Counted from the stretch's first letter, positions 1 to 13,234 are shown. The stretch is 64,000 bases of DNA from Curvularia clavata (GCA_023920165.1 CP089274.1:2604001-2668000); one strand, 5' to 3'. A program made the numbers and translations. The notes: generated by a model from the letters alone, not told the origin.

Positions 1-137
1 CTCGTTGAGGAAGCTGATTGTGCATCTCGTGTAAGCGCAAAGATCTCAAAGGGTGCGTTCGCTTTGAGCAGGGCGTCAATGACAGCGCCACCCTGTTTAC
101 CAGTCGCCCCGGCGATTAGAACTGCTTTTGAGGCCAT
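1..137 (-). CDS. NmrA-like NAD(P)-binding protein, 5' part only (runs off window start)
   Basis: Manual translation from ATG at 137: MASKAVLIAGATGKQGGAVIDALLKANAPFEIFALTRDAQS. GATGKQGG glycine motif plus ALTR are typical of the NmrA family. Not in the ORF track. Confidence 0.85.
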   Translation of the reverse strand, partial: MASKAVLIAGATGKQGGAVIDALLKANAPFEIFALTRDAQSASST

Positions 138-782
138 TGTAGGAGTGGCTGTTGTGTAGCAAAAGCGCTACGGTGAGATAAAGTAGGGGAGAATGAGGTA
201 GCAAATTCGATGTGAGTGTAAAAAAGTGATTCCTGCAATTGATACATTTCTTGAAAGTGCTATGAACTTGTTCTTATAAAAGTTCTATTGCGATTCGTAC
301 GGTATGAGTGCATCATTCATCTCTGGACGTTACTCGTAGCGAAGACGCGAGCCGGCAAGTTGTTCACCCGATTGGGTGCACTACGTAGGTTCTCGGCCTC
401 TCGGGCTTTCGGCCACTCTCACCGAAACAATTCCTATCTACTTTAGAACTACTAGAGGACACAGGTAAGTTCTAAGCAATAAATAGACAACATATTGCGA
501 TTATTCTTATGATTCACAAAATAAATCGTTGGGAGTCTGCTCTTTGGTGTATTTTTTCTAAGAGATAGCGAGAGCCCAGTTGACCGAAAACCCAATACAC
601 TGGCTTGATCAATCAATCATCCAGCCCAAACAACCGCATCCTGTTGTATCATCCTATGGCAAAGGCCATTTGCGACTAATCGTTTATCATAAAACACACA
701 CGCTTATTTCGAATACCAAACAAATGAGACACCAGTTAAACTATACTCAAACTGGACAAGGTCTTCCCAAATGACACCGTAA

Positions 783-2246
783 CTACAAGTCCTTTGCGAC
801 CGCCTCCAAAGACTCCTTGAAAATGTTGCAAGCCTGAGTTAATTCCTCCTCGCTGATGGTAAGCGGTGGAATGAACCTCAACACGTCGAATACAGAGGTA
901 CTGAGAAGGAGCATGTTACGGCTCACACACTCCTGGACGACCTTTGGTGCTATTTGAGGCTGGCTTCCGGATTGCCTTGAGGCAGTATTTGAAGATTCAC
1001 TCTGAAGGGCTGGGCTCGCAAATTGCACACCAACCATGAGGCCAGATCCGCGGATGTCCTCGATCAGATTTCCTGCCTTGCTGCCAGACGCTTTGAGATC
1101 ATGAAGGAAGGAGAACATTTGCTTCGAGCGCGCAGCGACGTTGTCGAGGATCTTCTCTTCCTTAAATGCTTTGATAGTTGCTGTTGCAGCGGCGCATGCA
1201 ACAGCATTACCGGCATATGTTCCACCCATCGATCCAGGCTTCTGAAGGTCCATGACTTTCTTGCTGCTTGCGATACCGGACAATGGGAAGCCGTTTGCAA
1301 TGCCCTTGGCGAAAATGAGAATGTCTGGTCGTACTCCAGAGTCCTGCACAAACCACATGTGCCCTGTGCGTCCCATTCCAGACTGAACTTCGTCGGCGAT
1401 GAGAAGAATACCGTGTTCGTCACAAATCTGTCGAAGACCGTGCAAGAACTCTGGGGGAGCGGGAACGTAACCGCCCTCTCCCAGGACAGGCTCTAGGATG
1501 ATGGCAGCAGTGTCTGAAGGTGAAGTTTGCTGCTGCAGTGTGAGCCTCATTTGTAGCAGTGCCTGCTTAACCAGTTCTTCTTTGGGTGTATCTGCAGGAA
1601 GGCCAAATTGGCTGTAGTATGGGAAGGCCGAAGCAAACACGCCGCCCATCAATGGGCCGTGTCCTTCACCATAGATGGTCTTAGAACGTGTCATCGAGGC
1701 GGTGGCGTTTGTGCGGCCATGGTAAGACCCTTGCATAACGATGATGTTAGGCTTTTTGGTTGCAGCTCGCGCCAGCTTGACGGCTGCTTCGACTGCCTCA
1801 GCTCCAGAGTTCCAGAGAAAGACAGTGTCGAGCGACTCATGCGGAAGAATCGGAACTAGCTCTCTGAGAAGAGCAATTTGTGGCGCACTGAACCCAATGT
1901 TGACTTGTGCGTGGGTGATTTTGCTGCATTGTGCGGCTGCGGCGGCACTGACTTTGGGATGGCAATGACCAAGGTTTACAACGCCAATACCGGCGGTCAT
2001 GTCGAGGAGCTTGACACCCTTGTCTGTGGTAATGAAGGTGCCTTTACCATCTTCGAAAACATGCTTGGTGAGACGACCAATGCCTCTGGCAATGTGCTGC
2101 TCCCCAAAAGCCGCTGCGTCCATTTCGGAAGATGCTGGTCGTGTTGTAGAAAACGGACGGAGAGATGTTCGGATTGGGTTTGCAAAAACAGGCAGAATTT
2201 TGCGTGAGGTCGACAAGCAGCTTCTGGACATGGCGGCGGCCTTCAT
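783..2246 (-). CDS. Class-III PLP-dependent aminotransferase (4-aminobutyrate/acetylornithine aminotransferase-like), probably mitochondrial
   Basis: 487-aa intronless ORF with NSGAEAVE, SYHGRT, LIADEVQSGMGRTG, FAKGIANGFP and MGGTYAGN motifs; R/S-rich N-terminal presequence. The start could be 2231. Confidence 0.9.
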   Translation of the reverse strand: MKAAAMSRSCLSTSRKILPVFANPIRTSLRPFSTTRPASSEMDAAAFGEQHIARGIGRLTKHVFEDGKGTFITTDKGVKLLDMTAGIGVVNLGHCHPKVSAAAAAQCSKITHAQVNIGFSAPQIALLRELVPILPHESLDTVFLWNSGAEAVEAAVKLARAATKKPNIIVMQGSYHGRTNATASMTRSKTIYGEGHGPLMGGVFASAFPYYSQFGLPADTPKEELVKQALLQMRLTLQQQTSPSDTAAIILEPVLGEGGYVPAPPEFLHGLRQICDEHGILLIADEVQSGMGRTGHMWFVQDSGVRPDILIFAKGIANGFPLSGIASSKKVMDLQKPGSMGGTYAGNAVACAAATATIKAFKEEKILDNVAARSKQMFSFLHDLKASGSKAGNLIEDIRGSGLMVGVQFASPALQSESSNTASRQSGSQPQIAPKVVQECVSRNMLLLSTSVFDVLRFIPPLTISEEELTQACNIFKESLEAVAKDL

Positions 2247-2892
2247 TATGTATGGTGGCGGGCAAGCACTGACTGGGTTTGCTCAAGATGAATGTTCTTG
2301 ATAGAGGGGTCGGTGCGATCCGGATTGACGTAAGATACGCTAGCCTGCGTCGGATGCTAGACGCTCTACACGCCCTCATGTGACCGCTTGGACTCTCCAT
2401 ATTTGTAAAAGTATCCGCACACAAGCCTTTTCCCCAACTTTATAGGTACACATCCTGCCGAAAATCAAATTCTTCATTCTCTAGCCGCTTGATCAATAGC
2501 TGAATTACGGTTGTGATAAACGGCCTTCACTTCATTACGTAATGTGAAGAGGCGCCGTCGGCCAGGCAGGTAGGCTACAACTCATGACAAGCTGGATAGG
2601 TTGTCTCAGTTTGATGAATGATATGACCATGTTTTTGGATGCATCAAAAGGTCAATAACCGAGATCGGGAGTCTCTAGCCTCTTCGTGGCTTGTTCATCA
2701 GTTTCGACTACGAGCTTCGGGAGACTTGCCATGGAAGTCGACTACAACAGTCCCCCTGCCCCACACTTGCTTGTGCAAATCATACAATTGTGGAGTCCAA
2801 CAACGTCGAAACAAAAAAGAAATTAGATAAATGAATACGCTTTTGCTTGGACGAGAGTTGGTAGCCAACTGAGTCTTCACTTCCATTATCGC

Positions 2893-4183
2893 TTAGGCGT
2901 AACTCTGGTTCTTTCCATTCCATGGTGCTCCTTGCTCAGTTTTTGGCCCAGTAGCGGTTGATGTAACAGTGAACCTGGTTTCCTTGATGATGTTCTTCTG
3001 ACTGTCTCCATCGCTGTGGTCGCCATCATCGTTATCACCGAGTGTCTGAAAATTGTCCATGGGAATCCCGCGCGAGCGTGCCGATGCTTGCATATGATGA
3101 GATCCGGATGGATATGCCATTGGCCCAGAAGCGTTACGGGAATTTGAGCCGACAGATACTCTGATGCGGAGGGAGAGAAGAGGACGAAGCGCGGGCAGCG
3201 ATCCGGCGATAAGGCCGATGCCTTCTTCGGTAAGGGACCAAAAGCCGATCTTTCCAGTGCTGAACATGAATTCACCTGGATCGCTGTAGAGAGTGAGGTA
3301 TTTGAGCCTGATGATGGTAGCGGTCGAGGCGCTATGGATGGTCAGCATTGGCCAAGTAACTGATGGTGGTGTAGCAGTCTTACAAAGAAGCAAGCGCGAG
3401 CATGACAGCGACTGAAGCTTTCACCCTGGTTTTCATTTGTACGTTCCAGAGGAGAATGGCTGGCAAGAGAGAAAGACTAAAGTCTGCTGTGATCTCAATA
3501 GCTGAGTAGAACAAACTGACGTTCGTGTTCAGTTGGAGATTGCACGTGCCATCTGATTCTCCCCATAGTGTGTTTATGGGATGGCCTGTGTCGAGTCAGT
3601 CCAAGCCTTTCTGAAGATCGAAATCTAAGTGTACTCACAGATGTTCGCAATACCAACGCAAAACACAAGTGCAGCAACCATACAAGCGCCAATAAGAGCC
3701 CACAGTCCCCATTTGAAGAATGTGCGGCCAGCAGCAATACGCAAGAGCGCTACTGCAACACTGATCTTGATGAACATGGCGCTGACACAATAGAAATACT
3801 CGGCAATGTAGAAGAGCTGTATTCCAGTTAGCCCTTACTTATCTGTGGGAGGATATTCAAGGCACCCACCTTCGTTCCTATTGCCCTAGTCTCGGCGGGC
3901 AGATCGCGAGAAAGTTGCCCAGATCCGTAGAACGAACACACAATACAAAGGGAAGCTGTAACTGAGAAAAGAAGCTGGCACAGGAGTGAGTAGTTTCGCC
4001 ACTTCAGGTTCACTTTCGTTTACTTACGATTCCAAGCAACATGAGATAATCGTCCATGCCCCATGCTTTCCTCCACACTCGGACTCCAACACGCAACAGA
4101 AAGGTGACCCAGCTCAAAACCAATAGGACTATCGCACAATACAGCAATGCCACTCCATCTCCGGCTACCGCAACTGTCGTCAT
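2893..4183 (-). CDS. Fungal rhodopsin-domain (PTH11-like, no CFEM) integral membrane protein, 5 exons
   Basis: Four GT-AG introns splice into one frame: MTTVAVAG...LRVGVRVWRKAWGMDDYLM...IKISVAVALLRIA...LLPAILLWNVQM...WSLTEEGIGLIAGSLPALRPLL, all PTH11/rhodopsin hallmarks. Confidence 0.88.
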
Positions 4184-5323
4184 GATTGCGGCTTAGTGCT
4201 AATGAGTGCGGGAAAAGCGAATGAATAGTAGGATGTCAAAAAGCGGACACAACGACTATGGGGCAGCTCCCCAGAGGATTATCAAGAAAAGTGGAAGACC
4301 CATCCCAAGTGCTATAGGAGGCGATGGCCGTTTAGATCGACTCATGTCCCCTACCCCCATACGAGCACATGCACGACCGTGCGAGCAAGCATTCCATGCA
4401 GTGGCTCGACGTCTGAGACAGCATCCCACTAAGCTTTGTGTATCCTTTCTAGATCGAGCCTCACTACTCTCAATTTAACAACCAACTCCGGCAACTACTC
4501 TCGGGCCCACATATGCCCAGCTGGCTGGGAGCACAACGTTATGATGGATGCTGATGTACGGATTTAAGTAAGGATGCAGACCCTGGGCGGCGGAGATTAA
4601 GCATCGTCGCCAAGAAGCTCATCGACTCCCACAGAAATCCTTCGTTTGTACAAACCCTTTCAGCTGGGTTCTGTTCCCATCGACTGTCGGGATGTGTCAA
4701 ACGTTTCTTTGAGCATTGTCAAACCCTCCCCTTGCCATGACGTGTGTGGATCTCACGTAAATTTCTCCAATTCGGGCCGTTGGCAGATCCCGGGTCGGGT
4801 CGGCGATTTTATGCCCGGAGCTACAGTTCCGACTGGGGCCACGACCAAGCATCTGGACTGCGTTGAGAGAGGATCTTCAAATCCAGCCAAGACCACGGCC
4901 ATTCAAAGCGAACCAAGAAGAAAAGTCAGCTGGCTCGCGTACAACGCGGATGTAGGCAGGTGGCGCATCAGGGCGCAGAGTGTGCAGTACGTGTACAACG
5001 ACTCCTTCAAGTGGCCCGAGTTTCCTAACACATGGCTGGTGGGGATAACTCCTGCTCTGCCGTGTTAAACTGGGTCTCGAGCGGCGCCACCAACCCGAGT
5101 TGGATTTCTTCCTTGAAATTCTCATTCTGGACTTTCGACTATGTTTGAGAAGCCGTTTCTGGTATCGGGGCGGCAGCAGCTTCACTATGCCCGGTCTCCG
5201 TCCTATCCTAATCTGTTTGCTCGTGCGTAGACGACGTGGTCTGACTTGTTTGCATATCTTTCCTTTGTTTTCCCGTCATTTGTTTCCACATCAGCTTACC
5301 TGCATCAATCACGAGTGTTGACC

Positions 5324-6283
5324 ATGGCTTCCTTCGAGATCAATGATTCCGACCTAACCGGCTTTCAGGGCAAAGTCGCCCTCATCACGGGTAACAATCA
5401 CTCCATCCAATCATATTTCTAGAACCACAGAATTAACTTGTTACAGGTGGGTCTTCAGGTATTGGTCTCGCGACCGTCGAACTACTGGTCTCTCTGGGCG
5501 CACTAGTTGTGAGCGGCGACATCCAGCCACCACCGGCGTCAAACACCAACTGCCACTTTGTACAGACCGACGTTAGGAACTGGTCTGAATTGACCAAGCT
5601 TTTCAAGGCTGCTAAGGAGAAGCATGGCAAAATCGATTACGTTTTTGCCAACGCTGGCATTGGCCCACGCGCCGACTACCTGTCCCTTCAGGTAGACCAA
5701 AATGGCGACCCAATTGAGCCCAATCAAGACACAATAGACATCAACCTGGACAGTGTTGTCAAGACGGTCACGCTCGCTGCACACTACCTGAAGACCCAAG
5801 CAGAAGGTGGATCTATCGTGATCATGGGGTCCAGCACCGGACTTCACCCAGTTCGCGCTGTCGACTACTGTAAGCACCCATTCGCCGATCTCGTCCCGAT
5901 CACTTGTTAACCAACATATCACAGCTACTGCCAAGGCCGGTGTTCTAGGTTTCGGCAGGAGTTTTGCTCGTCTAGTTGAAGTCGCTGGTTTGCCCATTCG
6001 CGTCAACACCCTTGCGCCTTCATGGACAGCCACTCAGGTTTTGCCCGATCTCAAGAACCTCCTTGCTGCTGTTTCACACGACTGCCAGTCAGCTGCTGTA
6101 GTAGCTCGTGCAGTCGCGTACTTGATGGCCGATAAGTCGAGACACGGCGAGCTGATTTTCGCCAGCAATGGCAAGTACACTGAGATTGAAAAGACGATCC
6201 TTGCACCAGCGTATGCCTCGATCAAGGGTGATGACCTCAGTGACGATGCTGTTCTGGCCAAGGTAATGGCTCTGAGCGGCTAA
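5324..6283 (+). CDS. Short-chain dehydrogenase/reductase, 3 exons
   Basis: ATG 5324; KVALITG|GSSGIG across intron 5391-5447; VFANAGI; YSTAK (YxxxK) across intron 2; IRVNTLAP; stop at 6283. Confidence 0.9.
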
Positions 6284-7777
6284 ATGTTCTGATGCGTTTA
6301 GTTATGTAGCAAGATACCAAATTAAAACAATACTAGTACATCCGTAGCGACGAGTCAGTGTTCCTAGTGCTAACGCCCGCGATCGAACCTAATCTCGCCC
6401 TACCAAAACTAGGCAGTTTCTGTGTCAAAAAGTCAGGAAAAAGCCGATCGAGTTCCAGGTGTACTAGTTTAGTGTACCACGAATGAGAAATCAATTCCCT
6501 ACCGAGAGACATGACGTTCCCCGCAAGCGCTTACCAGACAGCCGGTGAAATAGAGTGCACATATAGAAAAACTGCGTTGAAGCCCTCCATGTCTCGATCA
6601 TATGTACAGTCATTATAGGGACATGGTAGATGACACCAAGCGCCGATCACATCTCCGGAAGCTCTTGGTTTCTCAATGCTTGGTTTCGAGATCGTGCAAC
6701 GTCTTGTTCCTGAACTTAGAGATTTCTGGTTAGTTATTCCGGCAATTCCATGTAAGCTTTCTCCAAACACCACCATTTCACATGGCCTCGCCGATGCATC
6801 CCGTTTTCAAAGACATTTAGCTTAATTCCAAGTTGCACAACAAATCCGATCCGTTCAGCCAATCTTATCGTAGACATCTAAGATCTTGCCTGACTCAACC
6901 AATGCCCACTTCTCCTTTTGTCCATCTTTTTTGGCAACGATTTCTCAGTCTCTAACTTGGTTCGCAATATGGCCGTCTCTATGCCAGCAGACATTCCATC
7001 GGAAAAACCCCAGCCTTTCTGTATGGTGCACATCCTCCTTAGCGCCTGACCGGAATCCTTATATTGCAAAGGAGTATTTCCACGCTGCGATCAAATATGC
7101 CGTTTTTTGCCGCTTTGTATCTGTTCTACGTTTCGCAGTATTCCCAATACGTCCACAAGGCCGCCTTTTTAGTTGTGTGTAGAAGAGCTCTCTTGGTAAA
7201 GTAGCAAGTGCCATCTAATGAATGGGGTTGACTGCTACCAGCATAGGGCAACATTTGCCATCGCCTCCGACAGTCCATGCCACAAAGCACATGTTAGTAG
7301 AAGCTGTGTTTTGGATTGTTTGAGTAATCGATATTGTAAAAAATAAGAGAAGCTTGTCAAGGTAAGGAGAGCGAGATAGCTGGGTATGAGGAAATACACT
7401 TCATTAACCAATATCTACGTGATGAAACAAAAGAAGATAGGCTTCGTCGTTTGCCTGCTGGCGACATATAACCAAGAACCATACATTGCTCGGGAGCAAA
7501 GGTAGATTCTCATAGAAAAATGCGCACTTCTGTGTGCTATTGGAGCATAGGTGGCATACGCAGAAGCTAGTGGCTGCGTACCAAACCATTGTCGGCAAGC
7601 TGCAGGTTGCTGAACCCTTGCTGCAAGGTGACATACTGCAGCGAGCAAGTGACATACCATGTAGTAAACACAGCTCATCTCTCGCAAAACCGCAAGAATC
7701 TCCCACGACATCTCAAAAAGCGAAATTTGGCAGTATTATTACGGAATCGTCTTTTTTGTTCAGCCCAATGCAATTAC

Positions 7778-9278
7778 ATGGAGCCTCGGCCTGATAATTC
7801 ACTATCCGCAACAACGGAGGCATTCGATGACACAAGCGAGCAAGGGAGTAGAAGAGAAGAAGCTCCTCCAGACGGTGGCTATGGCTGGGCCTGTGTAGCC
7901 GCTTGCTTCACAGTCAATTGCTTCACCTGGGGCACAGTCTCTGTAAGCCTATCATATCCTACGCAGCTGCTACAACTCAAATTCCCAATTCATTTACAGC
8001 GACTGAACTGCTCACACAGTGGATGGTCTCACTAACCCAATTCTCTAGGCATACGGCATCTATCTCTCACACTACCTAGCCGAAGATATTTTCCCCGACG
8101 CATCAACATGGGACTATTCCTTCATCGGCGGCTTCAACTTCTCTATAGCCATGCTCATAGCACCTGGCGTTACCATTCTGGTTAGAAGAATTGGTATACA
8201 CCCTACCATGACACTTGGCCTAACCCTCCAAAGTACCGGATTCATTGCAGCTTCTTTCGCAACCCGCATCTGGCACTTGTACATTTGCCAAGGCGTTCTT
8301 GTCGGCTGCGGCATCAGCTGCTTATATGTTCCCAGCCTTCCTATTCTTTCGCAATGGTTTACTAAAAAGCGTAGCTTAGCTAATGGAGTGAGCGCTGCGG
8401 GCTCGGGCGTTGGTGGTGCTGTATTCTCCTGGGGAACGGAGGCTGTTATTCAGCGTTTGAGTATCGCCTGGGCTTTACGCATTACGGGGATTATCACGTT
8501 TGTTGCTAATCTAGTCGCGGTTACGGTGATACGGGATAGGAATCATGTCATTCAACCTTCCCAGCTGGGATTTGACACTAAGCTTCTCCGGCGATACGAA
8601 GTAATGCTGCTGCTAGCCTGGGCTTTTGTTAGTATGCTGGGTTATATTGTCCTTCTCTTTTCCCTATCCGATTTTGCTTTATCTATAGGCCTTGATCGAG
8701 CACAGGCTACAGATGTGATAGGGTTGTTGAATGTGGGCACGGCAGTCGGACGACCAATCATTGGCATACTCAGCGACAGATGCCGAATCGACACAGCAGG
8801 TGTCCTCACTCTGCTATGTGGTCTTTCATGTTTTGTCTTTTGGCTACCAGCCACGTCTTTTGGACTGACTGTATTTTTTGCAATCCTTTGTGGGGCCGTT
8901 GTTGGGGTTTTCTGGATGGTATGTTGCCTGAAAACTGCAAAGCGCAAGTGCTAACGTCATCACACATAGACTATAGGCCCGCTTTGTGTCGAGGTCGCCG
9001 GGCTGAAGAGTTTACAATCGCTTTTGTCTTTGTCCTGGGCAGCAGTCATCATTCCCGCGACTGGTATGCCTTACTCGATTTACCGACCTTGCTCCTTGCC
9101 TTTCAGCTAACACCGTTCAGTTTCCGAAGGTATTGCATTGAAACTTCGGCGGCCCTCTTCATCTAGAGAGTATCTTTATACCCAAATCTTCGCTGGCATC
9201 TCATACGTAATCGCGAGTGGATTCTTGTTTCAACTTCGCAGAATGAAGGGTCGCCAAACCCAAAGTCCGATGACTTGA
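7778..9278 (+). CDS. MFS monocarboxylate transporter (MCT/Mch-like), 4 exons
   Basis: PPDGGYGWACV N-terminal motif; QWFTKKRSLANGVSAAGSGVGG; GRPIIGILSDR; introns at about 7943-8049, 8919-8969 and 9064-9120. Confidence 0.9.
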
Positions 9279-9882
9279 TAGCGCCCCAGCACACTATTTT
9301 GAGTTTTAGTAATATGTAAATCAGAAGTTACATCAAGATGTTCTTGAGTCGTAGTAGTGGAAACTAATAAAGTATCCATAAACCTCCAACTACAAACATC
9401 CAAAGATGTAGAGATAGGATCTCTAGGGCCTCAGCAGCCATAACTTCAGATGTCAGTGTTCTTGTGAGATTCCTGTATAGCGCATCAAAACTCAAGTTTG
9501 AACATCTCAACCCACCTCTTGCATTACGTGTAGGATGTCTTGAGTTGGCGCAACAGTTTCCTGCTTATAGATACACCTGTTCCCTAAAGATATATTAGGT
9601 ATTTTCAAAAGATCAAGTACATGATAATATTTCACTCCACATGGTCAGCAATTCCTGAAAATACTAGTGTAGGTGACGTTTGAGCATTTCTTGACATGGT
9701 CGCGAACAGACAATTGACGCTCAACCCAGATTGGTATTCTCCCGCGGGGATAACGCAGATACGTCATTGGGTAGGTACCTCTTCACATCCAACCTCGGCC
9801 ATTGCTACACCAACGTATCAGAATGAAATCAAACCTGATATGCTCATTCACTAACAGCTCCAGCACATTCACCATCAACACC

Positions 9883-10761
9883 ATGCCATCCCCGCCACCC
9901 TTAGTTCCCCACCCTCGATCCCGGTCCAAAACCAAACTCAGCACCAACAAAACCGCAGATCTCGAGCGCATCCGCAACAACCAGCGCCGGTGTCGCGCCC
10001 GCCAAAAAGCCTACATATCCAACCTGGAGTCTAAAATCCGTGACCTGGAAGGCGCCAGCGTTGAAAGTAGAACTCAGAAGAAGCTCGAGGAGCTCGTCGA
10101 AGAAAATGCGTCGTTGAAGCGGCTTTTGCAATCGCTAGGCTTGCGGGATGAATTCCTAGATAAGTACCATGCTGCAATGAGAATGGTGCCGAATGTGTCG
10201 TTGCCGTCGGGGGATTGTGGGCGAGCGAAGCAGCGTTTAGATGGTTTAACTGCGACGGAAGCGGTGCAGGTATTTGAGCTGAAAAAAAAAAGCGCAGGAG
10301 GCGTTTACATACAGTATGATGCTGATAAATTGTAGATACCACACATGGCAAGCAATGTAGACCATACCGCTGGCGCATTTCCAGACACTTTGATATTAGA
10401 ACAGGATTCTCTGGACTTGTCTCAAACGGATGCATCGCTGCCGTGGGATCTGATTGACTTCTCTGCTGCCTCGACTTCTGTCTCAGAGTCGGCTGAGGCG
10501 AATTTTCACATTCAGCAACTCGGTGATTTAGCTCAGGATGCTTTCTCGACAAAAGAGTCCGGCAATGTAGAGAATACGTCAGACACAACGACCCTCTGCT
10601 CGTGGGCTTTTTCGCTCGTGCTTAAGAGTAATAGGAAAGGGTATAGTGTTGCAGATTTGGACCTCAAGCTGCGTGTGGGGTATAGGTGCGGTGCTACGCC
10701 AAGTGAGGGGTGTCGTGTTGATAACAAGGTCTTGTTGGGTGTGCTTGCGGATATTATGTAG
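9883..10761 (+). CDS. bZIP-domain transcription factor, 2 exons
   Basis: Basic region ERIRNNQRRCRARQKAYISNLE followed by a zipper; intron about 10270-10335; C-terminal TTLCSWAF...GYRC...GCRVDNKVL block. Confidence 0.82.
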
Positions 10762-11180
10762 ATAGTGTTTCTGCACAGATTGACTCGTACATGGCATGGG
10801 GAGATACCAAGGCTCTCATCGTGTGGAGGAGTGAAATCACATTGTCCCCTCATGTCTACGAGGACAGTAATCTGGCAGCACAATATACCCTTGGTATCGT
10901 CTCCACATCTTCCACTAGACTAGATATGCCCAGGAGGCTCACGGATTCCACAAACCCATAAGAACTGCCGTAGTAATGATCTAGATCTATAACGAGCCAC
11001 AAGTACTTTGAAATTTCCATCTACCATTAACATCAAAATGTGCATGGCCATGACTCCGCAGTGTAATCCAGGACTTAGTCCTAAACAAGATGCCCATGAC
11101 ACAAAGCCTTAAGCCGCAATTCCTGATACCATACTCGCCTTCCCCTTCCCTTTTCTACCTTTCTTCTCGGCAGACAAGTC

Positions 11181-12636
11181 CTACCTCAGTACATTCCTAG
11201 GGTCCGTAAAAGGATTCACGTTTTCCTCCGTCTGCCTATACGGTAAATATGATTGGGTAGAATGGGGTTGCTGTGTCTCCTGATACAACTGCAGAGCAGA
11301 CTTTCCTGCAATATCGTTTTCCTCCGTGCTTCTCCCCGTCTGTATCTCCTCATGTCTTGCTAACTGGTTTCCCTGCTGCTTCTGCTGCTCCATTTCCAAA
11401 TGGCTCTCAAACGACAATAAAGTATCGTTGGCCTGCTCCAACTGCCTCTCGTGCTCCCTTTCCCGCTGTCTTGCTAGCTGATTATTCAGCTGCATCTGCA
11501 GACTCTCAAACTCTCTATCCAGCCTCTCTAGCGTATTCAACTCGCTATCCAGCTCGCCCGCCTGCTGCCCTTGTTTCGTTGCCGCAGGATTCTGTGGTGC
11601 TCCATGCTGCTCCCCCGTCCTTAGCCCTATGTTCGCAGTCGGCTGCGTGCCCAGGCTCAGACTCGTTCCAGAAGGTCGGCCGCTGTTCGCGTTTCCGCCC
11701 CGACCAGCTGGAGGGTACGTAGCTAAGCCACTCAGGTCCACGAGTGGAACCGGCTCCTGATCAGCATCAAGCATACCTCTTGCCGCTGCGCAATAGACAA
11801 CGCTGAAGTATACCGCCATACTACTTTCCCATCAGCTTCCCTTGTCTCGATAGATATATAAAGTTGAGAAGAAAAAAAAACTCACCACCAGATGCCCAGC
11901 CAACCCACGACCTGCACAGCAATTTTGGCCCTGTAAGCCCAGCGCCCGAAATATGCCAGGTCCTCCATCATCCCATCACTCCGCCAACAAGCCTCACCGA
12001 CCACTGCGCTCCGCTTTGACAGATAATTGTCGAACAGAGTCATACTCATGATGTCGATGAGAAATTGTACACAGATCAGCGCAGCTGATAACATGGCGAT
12101 ACGGTACGAGATGGGCTTGGAGCGGAAGTGTGCAGCGAAGTGAATGACCAAGGAGAGGACGAGAAAGTGAGGGGCGACCAATAAACTCATGACTATGGTG
12201 CTGTTCATAGCATCAGTCAGTAAGTGTAATTTTGTCAGACCGTTTTCTGATATGAAAACGAGGCGACTTACCCCACTCCATGAGGCGACTCCAGATACAG
12301 ATACTTTGGTCCTAACGCCCCGTTTCTCCCTGCCATGACATCCACGTTCACAAAAGTAACGGGTAGTTTCTTAACCGTCGTGTCAAACACTTTGTTTCTA
12401 AGGAAGCCATGATGTTTCAAGTTTGCCGCGCTGTCAATGTCCCAACACTGGACTTTTTGATTGATATTGAGTTGCAGGCGCGCCAACTCGACGCCGACAG
12501 TGAGATGTGTGACGGCGAGAATGAAAGAGCATGCGATTAGTATTCCGACAATGCGGCGTATGGAGCCAGGCCAGGTGGTGGAGTGACCGTGGGAGAAGAG
12601 GGAGCGTATCTTTGTCCAGATGGGAGTTCGAGCCAT
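11181..12636 (-). CDS. Hypothetical multi-pass membrane protein with Gln/Glu-rich coiled-coil tail, 3 exons
   Basis: Three same-strand ORFs separated by GT-AG introns (about 12208-12272 and 11822-11886); several hydrophobic helices; ends NPFTDPRNVLR. Confidence 0.65.
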
Positions 12637-13234
12637 GGTGGACTGGTAGTGGGACTCCAAGGTTTACTTACAGGAAGACTTACAGGAAGACTGAATTGAT
12701 CAAGGACAGTGGATGTGGGCGAGGAATAAGTAACGTGTATATCTCCGTCCTCGAGTATAGAGGTGGCGGAGAGATGGGAACCATGGGTACCGAATCATCA
12801 CCACTTTTAACATTGGTCGACTTGAGGCCAAGGGTTTTGCATCTCCAAGACCCTGATTCGACCACGGTGTGTACTCGTCAATGGAACCAAGGGAGCAAAT
12901 GGCGTCGAGCAATACAGACCAACCACATGATGAACAACCACATAAGACATGCTGTGAAGGGGGGGAGGTATCAACTTAAATTCAACTACATAAAAACATA
13001 GGGCTCGGGCGGGGGTTTACATGTTTAGACACTAGGGGACAAAGAGGCTCATAACATTAGCAAGGAGATTTTGCTCGTAATCAAGACGAAATGCCACTTC
13101 ACATGCGGCTGCGGTAGGGCCTGGGAACACGTGGCTGGAACAGGCGATCCGGCAGACGGTTTCCGTACTGGTCGAAGCGGTAGTCCTCCTTTTGCTCAAT
13201 CCACACCTGCCGCACGTCAGCGTCGAGCTGACAC

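Noticed and set aside
12666..12692. 12-bp tandem duplication ACTTACAGGAAG creating two GTAAGT donors on the minus strand
   Set aside because: A resulting intron would be 41 nt or shorter with no branch site; probably simple slippage.
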